DNA from: Mycobacteriales bacterium
GTDB lineage: Bacteria; Actinomycetota; Actinomycetes; Mycobacteriales; QHCD01
NCBI GenBank assembly: GCA_040414495.1
Contig: JBEDUI010000296.1
Location: forward strand, 4,847-68,846
Direction: 5' to 3'
Length of the DNA stretch: 64,000 nt
The position numbers and the translations under genes are program-made. This document shows, in pieces, positions 8,692 to 19,660 of this stretch (its first letter is position 1; each line of letters starts with the position of its first letter). Under the pieces are notes generated by a model that searched no databases, had not been told where the DNA came from, and saw only the letters and a list, made by a program, of their open reading frames with translations.

Positions 8692-9642
8692 GTGGGCCAG
8701 CCGCGGGTCGTGGCGCTGGGCGGCGGGCACGGATTGGCCGCGTCGCTCGGGGCGTTGCGGCAAATCACGGAGCAGCTGACCGCGATCGTCACGGTCGCCG
8801 ACGACGGCGGTTCGAGCGGTCGGATCCGGCGCGAGCTGCCGGCCATCCCGCCCGGCGACCTGCGGATGGCGTTGGCGGCGTTGGCCCGCTCGGACAAATT
8901 CGAGTGGGAATCCCTGCTGCAGCACCGGTTCGGCGGTTCCGGCGCCTTGGCTGGTCACCCGGTCGGGAACCTCATCATCACCGGGTTGGCCGAGTTGACT
9001 GGGGACACGGTGCGGGCCCTGGAATTGACCGGCGAGCTGCTCGGCGCGGTCGGCCGTGTGCTGCCGATGAGCACGGTGCCGTTGGAGATCGTGGCCGAGG
9101 TCGCCGATATCGACGATGAGCCGGGCACGATCCGGCGGATCCGTGGCCAGGTCGCGGTGGCCAGTACGCCGGGCCGGGTGTTGTCGGTGACCGTGTTGCC
9201 CGAGCATCCACCGGCCTGCCCGCAGGCGGTCGAGGCGATCCGGTCGGCCGATTATGTGGTGCTCGGCCCCGGGTCGTGGTTCACCAGTGTGCTGCCGCAC
9301 CTGATGGTGCCGGAATTGGCGGCGGCACTATTGGAAACGCCAGCCCGTCGGGTGGTGGCGCTCAACCTCGCCCAGCAGGTCGGGGAGACCGACGGCTTCT
9401 CACCGGAAAAGCACCTCGACGTGTTGTGCGAGCACGCGCCGACCATGCAGATCGACGTTGTCATCGCCGACACCAGTGCGGTTCCGGACGTGCGGGCGTT
9501 GTCCGCGGCAGTGGAGCGAATCGGCGCCGAATTGGTGTTGGCGCCGGTGGCGGCCAATGATGGTTCGGCTCGGCACGACCCGAAATTGTTGGCCGACGCG
9601 TACGCCCAGATCTTCCGTATGCAGCACGCTGGTCGAGAATGA
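8692..9642 (+). CDS. yvcK: gluconeogenesis factor YvcK / CuvA family (CofD-like)
   Basis: VVALGGGHGLAASLGAL..TAIVTVADDGGSSGRIRRE..PPGDLR. GTG 8692 with gggag RBS, 1 nt after the rapZ stop. Confidence 0.85.
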   Translation: MGQPRVVALGGGHGLAASLGALRQITEQLTAIVTVADDGGSSGRIRRELPAIPPGDLRMALAALARSDKFEWESLLQHRFGGSGALAGHPVGNLIITGLAELTGDTVRALELTGELLGAVGRVLPMSTVPLEIVAEVADIDDEPGTIRRIRGQVAVASTPGRVLSVTVLPEHPPACPQAVEAIRSADYVVLGPGSWFTSVLPHLMVPELAAALLETPARRVVALNLAQQVGETDGFSPEKHLDVLCEHAPTMQIDVVIADTSAVPDVRALSAAVERIGAELVLAPVAANDGSARHDPKLLADAYAQIFRMQHAGRE

Positions 9643-9784
9643 CGTTGGAACGTAGTGCGATTCACCGCGGGGGACAGGTTACGTAGAGCAGCGAGAAAAG
9701 AGGTAGATGCGCGCTAAGGGAAGCCTTGGGGCTGGCTTCCATGGCAGAGCAGGTGGGACACAACGGGGAAAGGACTTGAGGCAT

Positions 9785-10765
9785 ATGGCGATGACAGCAT
9801 CGGTGAAGGACGAGCTCAGCCGACTCACGGTGACAAAAACGTGTTGCCGGCGGGCGGAGGTCTCCACCTTGCTGCGGTTCGCCGGGGGGCTACACATCGT
9901 CGGGGGCCGGGTCGTGGTCGAGGCAGAACTCGACACCGGATCAGTGGCACGGCGGCTGCGTAAAGATATTGCGGAGGTGTACGGCTACACCTCCGACATT
10001 CGGATGTTGACCGGTAGCGGTATTCGTAAGGGCAGTCGCTACGTGGTCCGGGTGACGAAGGACGGCGAGGGGCTGGCTCGTCAGACCGGGCTGCTGGATC
10101 TGCGTGGCCGGCCGGTGCGGGGACTGCCGCCGCAGGTGGTTTCCGGCGGGGTGTGCGACGCCGAAGCCGCCTGGCGCGGCGCTTTTCTGGCCCACGGGTC
10201 GCTGACCGAACCTGGGCGCTCGTCGGCGTTGGAGGTCACCTGCCCGGGCCCGGAGGCGGGGCTGGCGTTGGTCGGGGCGGCGCGGCGGCTGGGCATCGCC
10301 TCGAAGGCGCGCGAGGTACGCGGCGTGGATCGGGTCGTGGTGCGTGATGGCGATGCGATCGGCGCGCTGCTGACCCGGCTCGGCGCGCACGAGTCGGTGC
10401 TGGCGTGGGAAGAGCGCCGGATGCGTCGCGAGGTCCGGGCCACCGCCAACCGGCTGGCCAACTTCGACGATGCCAACCTGCGTCGTTCGGCCCGGGCGGC
10501 GGTGGCGGCCGGGGCGCGGGTCGGCCGGGCGATGCAGATCCTCGGCGACGACGCACCGGAGCATCTGCTCAGCGCCGGCCGGCTGCGTCTGGAGCACAAG
10601 CAGGCGTCGCTGGAGGAACTCGGCGCGTTGGCCGATCCGCCGATGACGAAGGACGCGGTGGCCGGCCGGATCCGCCGGCTGCTGGCGTTGGCCGATAAGC
10701 GGGCCAGCGAGTTGGGGCTGCCGGACACCGAGTCGACGGTGACCCCGGAGATGCTCTCGTCCTGA
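9785..10765 (+). CDS. whiA: sporulation/cell-division transcription factor WhiA
   Basis: [39 protein letters not shown].. and a C-terminal HTH. ATG 9785 chosen within track ORF 9707. Confidence 0.95.
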   Translation: MAMTASVKDELSRLTVTKTCCRRAEVSTLLRFAGGLHIVGGRVVVEAELDTGSVARRLRKDIAEVYGYTSDIRMLTGSGIRKGSRYVVRVTKDGEGLARQTGLLDLRGRPVRGLPPQVVSGGVCDAEAAWRGAFLAHGSLTEPGRSSALEVTCPGPEAGLALVGAARRLGIASKAREVRGVDRVVVRDGDAIGALLTRLGAHESVLAWEERRMRREVRATANRLANFDDANLRRSARAAVAAGARVGRAMQILGDDAPEHLLSAGRLRLEHKQASLEELGALADPPMTKDAVAGRIRRLLALADKRASELGLPDTESTVTPEMLSS

Positions 10766-10907
10766 GCCGCCATGGTGAACCGGTGTCGCCAGGGCTGGGA
10801 CACCGGTGACACCGCAGCCGGAATGCCGTGATCCGTACGGGATTTGCTTGTGCCTTCCGGTGTGCGGCGGCGTTGTCCCCCAGATCGGTCGGGGGCCCAC
10901 CCGCTAG

Positions 10908-13207
<2,300 letters not shown>

Positions 13208-13211
13208 GCAG

Positions 13212-14000
13212 GTGGCAAAGAAGTCGTCCGGCCGGCGTCCGCTCATCGCCGGCAACTGGAAGATGAATCTCAACCACCTCGAGGCGATCGCCCTGGTGCA
13301 GAAGGTCGTATACGGCCTGCCCAAGGAGACGCTGGAGGCGGTCGAGGTCGTGGTGTTGCCGCCGTTCGTGGATCTGCGCAGCGTGCAGACCTTGATCGAC
13401 GGCGACAAATTGGCCATCGGATACGGCGCGCAGGACCTCTCGCCGCACGCGAGCGGCGCGTACACCGGCGACATCGCAGGTTCGATGCTGGCCAAGCTCG
13501 GCTGCGCGTACGTGGTGGTCGGGCACTCCGAGCGGCGGTTGTACCACTGCGAGGACGACGAGCTGGTGGGCGCCAAGGTCAAGGCGGCCTACGCAGCCGG
13601 GCTCACGCCGATTCTGTGTGTCGGCGAGGGCGTGGACGTCCGCGAGGCGGGGCAGCACGTCGAGCACTCCTGCAGTCAGCTGCGGGCGGCATTGGATGGC
13701 ATCACCGCCGAGCAGGCGCGGACGATCGTGGTCGCGTACGAGCCGGTGTGGGCCATCGGCACCGGCAAGGTCGCGACGCCGGGCGACGCCCAGGAGGTGT
13801 GCAGCGAGCTGCGCAATACGCTGGCCGACCTGTACTCGGGCGACCTGGCTGACGGCGTTCGGATTCTCTATGGCGGTTCGGTGAAGGCCGATAACGCCGC
13901 GGCGATCCTGGAGCAGGTGGACATCGACGGCGCGCTGGTCGGTGGCGCGAGCATCGACGGCGACCAGTTCACCCGCATCGCCCACGCCGGGGCCAACTGA
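13212..14000 (+). CDS. tpiA: triose-phosphate isomerase
   Basis: [30 protein letters not shown] motifs. Confidence 0.95.
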   Translation: MAKKSSGRRPLIAGNWKMNLNHLEAIALVQKVVYGLPKETLEAVEVVVLPPFVDLRSVQTLIDGDKLAIGYGAQDLSPHASGAYTGDIAGSMLAKLGCAYVVVGHSERRLYHCEDDELVGAKVKAAYAAGLTPILCVGEGVDVREAGQHVEHSCSQLRAALDGITAEQARTIVVAYEPVWAIGTGKVATPGDAQEVCSELRNTLADLYSGDLADGVRILYGGSVKADNAAAILEQVDIDGALVGGASIDGDQFTRIAHAGAN

Positions 14001-14012
14001 TTCATTAACGCG

Positions 14013-14060
14013 GACGCGATGTTCGGGCCGTATTAATCGGTCCGAACATCGCGTCTTTTT
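14013..14060 (+). terminator. rho-independent terminator of gap-pgk-tpiA
   Basis: 14-bp stem gacgcgatgttcgg / ccgaacatcgcgtc (extendable) followed by TTTTT at 14056-14060. Confidence 0.8.
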
Positions 14061-14301
14061 GCGTTTGTACGTAGTCCACTGTGGACTGTTGAAAGCGCCA
14101 TCCGCGTAAGGGGATTCGCGGCTCACCCAAATCGAGGGTGCAGTTGCGATCTGAAGCCGCCGGGTTTCCGGCAGAGATCTGGCGATGTCATTGGTGAGGT
14201 TGCCGAACCGCAGGCCGGAGCCACGGAAGGGCTCGAGCCAGCCGTTGATCCTTCTGTCGGACCGTTGGAGCTGCCAGGCCCGGGCGCGGGTTGCCCGGTG
14301 T

Positions 14302-15189
14302 TCAGCAGCCGATGCCATCCAAGTCGGCCTTGTCCTGTTCGGAGAGGGAGACCCCCGCTCCGGCGATGTTTTCGCGCAGATGCGCAGCCTTGGATGTGCC
14401 GGGGATGAGAAGGATGTTCGGTGACCGGCGCAGCATCCATGCCAGTGCGACGGACATCAATGTCGTGCCGAGCCTGCTGGCGACGGTGGAGAGCGTCTCG
14501 GACTGCAGCGGTGTAAGGCCCCCGAGGGGGAAGAACGGCACGTACGCGATGCCCTCGGCGGCGAGAGAGTCGATGAGGGCATCGTCGTGGCGGTGGGCGA
14601 GGTTGTACATGTTCTGCACGCACACGATGTCGGCGATGCTCTGCGCCTCGGCGACCTGTTCGACGGTGACGTTGCTGACACCGAGGTGACGGATCAGCCC
14701 CTGCCGCTGGAGATCGACGAGCGTGCCGAACGCCTCGGCGATCGACCCGTCCTGCGGCCCGGTCGCGTCGCCCATGCGCATGTTGACCAAATCGAGGGAC
14801 TCGACGCCGAGGGAGTCCAGGTTCTCGTGCACCTGCTGGCGCACGTCCTCGGGTTTCCGGGCTACCGGCCAACCGCCCTGCTGGTCACGATTCGCTCCCA
14901 CCTTCGTGGCGATGAACAACGACTCCGGGTACGGGTGCAACGCTTCGCGGATCAGCTCATTGACCACGCGCGGGCCGTAGGCGTCGCTGGTGTCGATGTG
15001 GGTGATCCCCTGCTCGACGGCCTCACGCAGCACGGCCAGCGCACCCTCACGGTCGGCGGGCGGCCCCATGACCCAGGGGCCGGCGAGCTGCATCGCGCCG
15101 TAACCGAACCGAGTGATCCGCGTATCGCCCAGCGTCCAGCTGCCGCCGGGAAGCCGCGAGGTGGAGTTGTTCATCATGATGCCTTTCAT
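14302..15189 (-). CDS. aldo/keto reductase
   Basis: 295 aa: ..FGYGAMQLAGPWVMGPP..AVLREAVEQGITHIDTSDAYGP..; AKR fold pattern throughout. Confidence 0.85.
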   Translation of the reverse strand: MKGIMMNNSTSRLPGGSWTLGDTRITRFGYGAMQLAGPWVMGPPADREGALAVLREAVEQGITHIDTSDAYGPRVVNELIREALHPYPESLFIATKVGANRDQQGGWPVARKPEDVRQQVHENLDSLGVESLDLVNMRMGDATGPQDGSIAEAFGTLVDLQRQGLIRHLGVSNVTVEQVAEAQSIADIVCVQNMYNLAHRHDDALIDSLAAEGIAYVPFFPLGGLTPLQSETLSTVASRLGTTLMSVALAWMLRRSPNILLIPGTSKAAHLRENIAGAGVSLSEQDKADLDGIGC

Positions 15190-15239
15190 CTCGCACTGGG
15201 GTGGCGGGATGCGGCCGCCTTACATCAGTATCGGAGAGT

Positions 15240-15258
15240 TACTTCCTATCGGGAAGTA
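15240..15258. promoter_or_regulatory. 7-bp inverted repeat TACTTCC-tatcg-GGAAGTA in the AKR/HxlR divergent region
   Basis: Perfect inverted repeat read from sequence. It is centred between the divergent starts (15189 and 15296), where an HxlR-type operator is expected. Confidence 0.35.
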
Positions 15259-15295
15259 GGCACTTTAGAGTGCGTAACCCATCCGACGGTGAGAG

Positions 15296-15658
15296 GTGGG
15301 AGCGGCGACAGCGGCTCAGAAGAAGGCACAGGCCACGAGGGAGCACAACGCCGTCCTGGCGGCCTGCCCCAGCCGTCAATTGCTCGACCGGATCTCGAAT
15401 AAATGGGTCGTGCTGATCCTGCGCGCACTGGGCGGCGACACATCCGCCGCGCCCGGCAGCTCCGATGCGGCCAAGGCGATGCGCTATTCGGAGATCTCTC
15501 GTCTACTGGCCGGGGTTAGCCAGAAGGTGCTGACCAGACCCTGCGGTCGCTGGAACGCGACGGGCTGCTCACCCGCACCGTGCCGCCGACCCAGCCGCTA
15601 CACCCTCATCTGGGAGGAGCCGGATTCGCGCACAGCGACTGCGTACGGCGCCGTTTAG
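15296..15658 (+). pseudogene. HxlR-family transcriptional regulator, frameshifted
   Basis: CPSRQLLDRISNKWVVLILRAL..RYSEISRLLAGVSQKVLT matches HxlR. The expected continuation QTLRSLERDGLLTRTVPPTQP is in the +2 frame (an apparent 1-nt loss in accagacc near 15533). Later segments again change frame. Confidence 0.5.
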
Positions 15659-16080
15659 CGTTGGCTAAACATCCAGCGCTGACCCTCCAGATCGGCGACC
15701 CGATAACTCTTTCCGTGTCCCTCGTCGACCGGCTCGGACAGGATGTGCGCACCGGCCGCCCTGGCCCGGGCGCAATGCGCATCCACGTCGTCGACCTGAA
15801 CCCAGACACCGTTCACGATGTACGGGATGTCGTACCACTGCGCGGCCGGCGGGTAATTCTGGGCCAGTTGATTCGGGCCTTCGTACGGGGGTGGCTGCTC
15901 GGCCAACATGACGACGCCATTGCCCGGGAAATGCAATTCGGCATGCCCGATGCGGCCGTCGTCCATGACGTATTTGTTGCGCACCTCGCAGGCAAACGCT
16001 GTCGGCAGCCACTCCAGTGCTTTCGCGGCGTCGGCGTACGCCAGCATCGGTGCCACGGTCGGGTAATCGGTCACGATCAA
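15655..16080 (-). CDS. VOC family protein (glyoxalase/PhnB-like)
   Basis: 141 aa: ..MLAYADAAKALEWL..FACEVRNKYVMDDGRIGHAELHF..; 4-bp overlap with the upstream SRPBCC gene. Confidence 0.75.
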   Translation of the reverse strand: MIVTDYPTVAPMLAYADAAKALEWLPTAFACEVRNKYVMDDGRIGHAELHFPGNGVVMLAEQPPPYEGPNQLAQNYPPAAQWYDIPYIVNGVWVQVDDVDAHCARARAAGAHILSEPVDEGHGKSYRVADLEGQRWMFSQR

Positions 16081-16871
16081 CTCCCATTCGTACGGGGAAA
16101 GCTCTCGAATGCTTTCGCGGTCTTGATCAATCGGCGGTGTGCGTGTTCGACCAGGCTGGGATCCAGCCCGTAGGTCGTCAGCTGGAGCGTCAGCGTGGCC
16201 GACCCATCGGCGCCGCGCACCATGAGCAGCAGCCGGGCGTTGTCCAACTCGGGAATGGCGAAGAACGCTTCGTTGGCGTGGCCGTACATGCGGACCACCG
16301 CCGGGACCGGATCACCGCCGCGCAACGCCAGCGGCACCTGCTGGCCAACGGCAAGAGACGCTTCTCGTGCTGCGCCTGTCGCAAGGCCCTCGCGTCCCAG
16401 CGCAGCGGCCCAGGCGGCGGCTCGCTCCAGCGACAGATGCGCGATGGCCTTGACCTGTCGCGGCGGCGTGCCGGCATGTTCGTCCAGCCAGGCGGCCAGC
16501 AACTGCAGGATGAGCGCGCCGGTGTCATCGAACGCGTCGTACGTCTCATCCCAGTCGGTGTCGCCATACCCACTGAAGACCAGGCGGACGACGGTGCGAC
16601 CGCCGCGACTTTCCAGGATCCATTCCTCGCCGACGCCATTGCCGCGCAACCGAAGCCGGCGGCCCGGTTCCCAGACCTCGATCGTGGCCGGATCCATGAG
16701 TTGACCGTCCCAACCGATCTGGATGTGGCCACCGACGCCAGGCTCCACGTCGGCCTGATCGGCGAGAAAACAGCGCAAACCCTCGGGGGTGGTGATGGCC
16801 TGCCACACCTGCTCGACCGGTACGCCGAGTTCGATCACGTTGTCCGCCGCGTCCGGCTTCTTGTCGGTCAT
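16077..16871 (-). CDS. SRPBCC (AHSA1/START-like) domain protein
   Basis: 264 aa. The N-terminus ..VEQVWQAITTPEGLRCFLAD.. is typical of Aha1/SRPBCC proteins that follow ArsR regulators. 4-bp overlaps on both sides. Confidence 0.65.
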   Translation of the reverse strand: MTDKKPDAADNVIELGVPVEQVWQAITTPEGLRCFLADQADVEPGVGGHIQIGWDGQLMDPATIEVWEPGRRLRLRGNGVGEEWILESRGGRTVVRLVFSGYGDTDWDETYDAFDDTGALILQLLAAWLDEHAGTPPRQVKAIAHLSLERAAAWAAALGREGLATGAAREASLAVGQQVPLALRGGDPVPAVVRMYGHANEAFFAIPELDNARLLLMVRGADGSATLTLQLTTYGLDPSLVEHAHRRLIKTAKAFESFPRTNGS

Positions 16872-17500
16872 TGTTCGGCCGGCGGTACCGGGTAGGAGCC
16901 GAGGACGAGTCGGAAGCGGCGCCGGCGGGGCGACGTCTCGTCGTGGTGTCGGGCGACGACGGCATTGACCGCGGTGAGGAGGTCCTCGGCGAACCGGGCC
17001 TGCGCGGCGCTCGAGCCAAAGGAGATCTCGGTGTCCAGAGTCAGCGTCGGCAACTGCTTGTCCCGTTTGGCGGCCAGTCGCCGCAGCCGGGCCAGTTCGC
17101 GTACACCGCGGGCGAGGACGGAGACGAGGAAGGTCGCGGACCTACGGTCGCCGTCGAGTTCGTCGTCCTGACCGAGCACGGCCGGGTCGACGACGTACCG
17201 ACGGGCGGTGGCGCGTACGACCCGTTCGGTGCAGTTGCCTTTGCGGCGTTCCTCGACCAATTCGACCAGCCCGGCCGCTTCGAGCTGCCGCAGGTGGTAG
17301 TTGACCCGCTGCCGTGGCAGGCCCAGTCGACGCGCCAACCCGGCCGCCGAGTCCGGCTCGCCGAGCGCCCGCAGCACGTTGAGTCGGGCCGGGTTGAGCA
17401 TCGTCAACGCGGCGCCCTGGTCCGAGACAACCTCGAGCTGGGAAAGCGGCGCCTGCACGTGATCGGCGTTCCCCTGGTCAACCGCTTCCGCACCCGCCAT
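16868..17500 (-). CDS. ArsR-family (winged HTH) transcriptional regulator
   Basis: ..LNPARLNVLRALGEPDSAAGLARRLGLPRQRVNYHLRQLEAAGLVELVEERR.. Confidence 0.8.
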   Translation of the reverse strand: MAGAEAVDQGNADHVQAPLSQLEVVSDQGAALTMLNPARLNVLRALGEPDSAAGLARRLGLPRQRVNYHLRQLEAAGLVELVEERRKGNCTERVVRATARRYVVDPAVLGQDDELDGDRRSATFLVSVLARGVRELARLRRLAAKRDKQLPTLTLDTEISFGSSAAQARFAEDLLTAVNAVVARHHDETSPRRRRFRLVLGSYPVPPAEQ

Positions 17501-17595
17501 GGCCTTACCGTTCCACCGACAAATTATCTTGTCAAGACACCAGAGATCGTCGGGCGGCCCAATTGGGATGGGTGTGCGGCCTGTCCGGCGAGCCG

Positions 17596-17722
17596 TCGGT
17601 CAACGCCGACATCCAGCGAGCGCCTATTTACGGAGATGAGCCGTCGGCCCGTACGGTCATCGGTCAACGCCCATTAGCGGCGAGCGCTCATCTACGGAGA
17701 TGAGTCCTCCGGTCGTCTGACA
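17596..17722. repeat. degenerate 64-bp tandem duplication (2 copies) containing the palindrome CTCATCT-acgg-AGATGAG
   Basis: Copy A is 17596-17659 and copy B is 17660-17722. Shared cores are TCGGTCAACGCC and GCGAGCGC.YATYTACGGAGATGAG. The perfect palindrome is at 17687-17704. Confidence 0.7.
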
Positions 17723-17981
17723 GCGCCGGCTTCAGCGAACGCTGGAATTCCGAGACGGGTCGGGTCGATTCTGAGCCGGCGCAAGCCGATCGCGATGTGC
17801 CAGCCGGTTGCGGAAAGTGGTGCCACACAACGCACAGTGGCGGAAGTGCCGAAGCCCCAGCGGTTCGCCGCCTTCGTTCATCAGCTCACTACCGGGCAGT
17901 ACACGGATGTGCATCAACGTCGGGTAGCCTAGAGGTTCATCCATTCGGGGGAGCGACGTCGAGAGAGGCGACCACTCGTTC

Positions 17982-18209
17982 ATGACGATTGCACTGTCCA
18001 TCGTGTTGATCATTGTCAGTCTTGGCATGGTCGTTCTGGTCCTGCTGCACCGCGGCAAGGGCGGCGGGTTGTCGTCGATGTTCGGTGGCGGTATGTCCTC
18101 GTCGCTGTCCGGATCGTCAGTGGTTGAGAAGAACCTCGACCGGCTCACGATCATATTCGGAGTCATCTGGGCCGTATGCATTGTGTTGCTCGGCCTGCTC
18201 TATAAGTAA
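17982..18209 (+). CDS. secG: preprotein translocase subunit SecG
   Basis: 75 aa, two TM helices, ..LLHRGKGGGLSSMFGGG.. signature. Confidence 0.9.
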   Translation: MTIALSIVLIIVSLGMVVLVLLHRGKGGGLSSMFGGGMSSSLSGSSVVEKNLDRLTIIFGVIWAVCIVLLGLLYK

Positions 18210-18226
18210 CGACCTCGTAAGAGCAA

Positions 18227-18261
18227 CACCGCGCGGATGCCGGCTACGGCTCCGCGCGGTG
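18227..18261 (+). terminator. 10-bp-stem hairpin after secG
   Basis: caccgcgcgg-N15-ccgcgcggtg, 18 nt after the secG stop. No clear U-tract. Confidence 0.5.
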
Positions 18262-18292
18262 TGCAGAGAAATCCGTATGGGGAAGGGGCATC

Positions 18293-18640
18293 GTGGCCGC
18301 AGGTGGCAATGCGATCCGGGGAAGCCGGGTCGGTGCAGGGCCGATGGGTGAGGCCGAGCGGGGCGAGTCAGCCCCACGTCTGCGTATCCCATTCTGGTGT
18401 GCCAACGGGCACGAGACACGGCCGTCCTTTGCCGAAGATGCAGCCATTCCAGACACCTGGGACTGCCCGCGTTGCGGGTTCCCGGCCGGTCGGGAAAAGA
18501 CCGCGCCTCCGGCCGCACCACGGAACGAGCCGTACAAGACACATCTGGCCTACGTTCGGGAACGGCGCAGCGACGCCGACGGCCAAGCCATCCTGGACGA
18601 AGCTCTGGCCAAGGTTCGTAAGCTCCGCTCGGAACCCTGA
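18293..18640 (+). CDS. rbpA: RNA polymerase-binding protein RbpA
   Basis: ..IRGSRVGAG..APR..FWCANGHE..FAEDAAIPDTWDCPRCGFPA..KTHLAYVRERRS.. matches the RbpA pattern (zinc-type). ggggaagggg RBS. Confidence 0.85.
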   Translation: MAAGGNAIRGSRVGAGPMGEAERGESAPRLRIPFWCANGHETRPSFAEDAAIPDTWDCPRCGFPAGREKTAPPAAPRNEPYKTHLAYVRERRSDADGQAILDEALAKVRKLRSEP

Positions 18641-18783
18641 GCGACCGCACGACTTCACCGACGGCGCTGACCGGCCAACCCGGATCCGCGCCGTCGTCTC
18701 GTTTGCACCCCTTGGTGCTCTCCAAAGCCGATTCGGTCGGCCATCAAACTCGGGTGGGCGCACGGCCGGCGTGCACAAATGAA

Positions 18784-18811
18784 GGCCCCGCGGCGACAAC
18801 GCTGCGGGGCC
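18784..18811. terminator. hairpin between convergent rbpA and pgl
   Basis: ggccccgc-N12-gcggggcc followed by cctttgtg. Sits 17 nt from the pgl stop. Confidence 0.55.
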
Positions 18812-18827
18812 CCTTTGTGCGCAACAG

Positions 18828-19607
18828 TCAGGTGATCGGCAGCCGTACGAGCTCGGCTGGCAACTGCGCGGCCGCCGCCCGGTCCAGCAACCACAACGTG
18901 CGCGATCGGCCGTGCGCGCCGGCGGCCGGGATCTGCACCGCGCCGGCGCCGCCCAGCGCCAGCGCCACCGCGCCGGCCTTCTCCGCGCCGACCGTCGCCA
19001 ACCACACCTCGGTAGCCGCCGCGATCGTCGGGAACGTGAACGAGAGCCGGGTCGGCGGCGGCTTGGGCGAACCGTGCACCGCCACCACCGGCCGTTCGTC
19101 ATAGGCCGCCGGCGACTCGGGGAAGATCGACGCGGTGTGGCCCTCCTCGCCAACGCCGAGCATCAACACGTCGAACCGCGGCACGTCGCCGTGGTCCTCC
19201 GGCGCCGCGGCCGCCGCCAACTCGCGGGCATACGCCTCGGCGGCCGCCTCCGGGTTGTCGCCCAACGGCCCGTCCGAGGCCGCATAGGGATGAACCCGGC
19301 TCGGATCCAGTGGCAGATCGTCCAGCAACGCTTCCCGGGCCTGGGTGTCGTTGCGCTCGGGATCGCCAGCCGGCAGGAATCGCTCGTCACCCCACCAGAT
19401 GTCGACCAGCCGCCAGTCCACCGCGTCCCGGGCCGGGCTTGTCCGCAACTCTCGCAGCGCCCCGATACCCAGGCGGCCACCGGTCAGCACGATCGATGCG
19501 TGCCCCTTCGCCGCCTGCGCATCGACCAGCCGGGTGACGATGCGAGCTGCGATCGCCTTTGCCAATAGGTCGCCGTTGGGGCTGATGACGACTTCGTTGT
19601 GGCTCAA
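18828..19607 (-). CDS. pgl: 6-phosphogluconolactonase
   Basis: 259 aa: ..IVLTGGRLG..DWRLVDIWWGDERFLPAGDPERND..; last gene of the tkt-tal-pgi-zwf-opcA-pgl array. Confidence 0.9.
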   Translation of the reverse strand: MSHNEVVISPNGDLLAKAIAARIVTRLVDAQAAKGHASIVLTGGRLGIGALRELRTSPARDAVDWRLVDIWWGDERFLPAGDPERNDTQAREALLDDLPLDPSRVHPYAASDGPLGDNPEAAAEAYARELAAAAAPEDHGDVPRFDVLMLGVGEEGHTASIFPESPAAYDERPVVAVHGSPKPPPTRLSFTFPTIAAATEVWLATVGAEKAGAVALALGGAGAVQIPAAGAHGRSRTLWLLDRAAAAQLPAELVRLPIT

Positions 19608-19660
19608 CGAGCCCTCCCGTGTGGACAGTGAGCTGTGTCAGGAACCGAGTCAGCGTTGTG

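Noticed and set aside
9718-9739. Hairpin GGAAGCC-ttggggct-GGCTTCC upstream of whiA, as a riboswitch or attenuator
   Set aside because: It is a single short 7-bp stem inside the known whiA promoter/leader region. There is no further conserved structure I can support.
14123-14318. Coding-like minus-strand frame (..AWQLQRSDRRINGWLEPFRGSGLRFGNLTNDIARSLPETRRLQI..) between the AKR stop and the tpiA terminator
   Set aside because: It has fairly high GC3, but the frame then runs through the terminator and antisense into tpiA without a plausible end. No family was recognised. It is probably a remnant left by the insertion event. It is mentioned under the insertion finding only.
17732-17914. 60-codon minus-strand ORF (MHIRVLPGSELMNEGGEPLGLRHFRHCALCGTTFRNRLAHRDRL..) divergent from secG
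   Set aside because: GC3 is only moderate (about 65% by eye), there is no RBS, and no family was recognised. The longer track ORF (to 18181) runs antisense through secG. It could be a zinc-ribbon gene fragment at the insertion border, but the evidence is insufficient.
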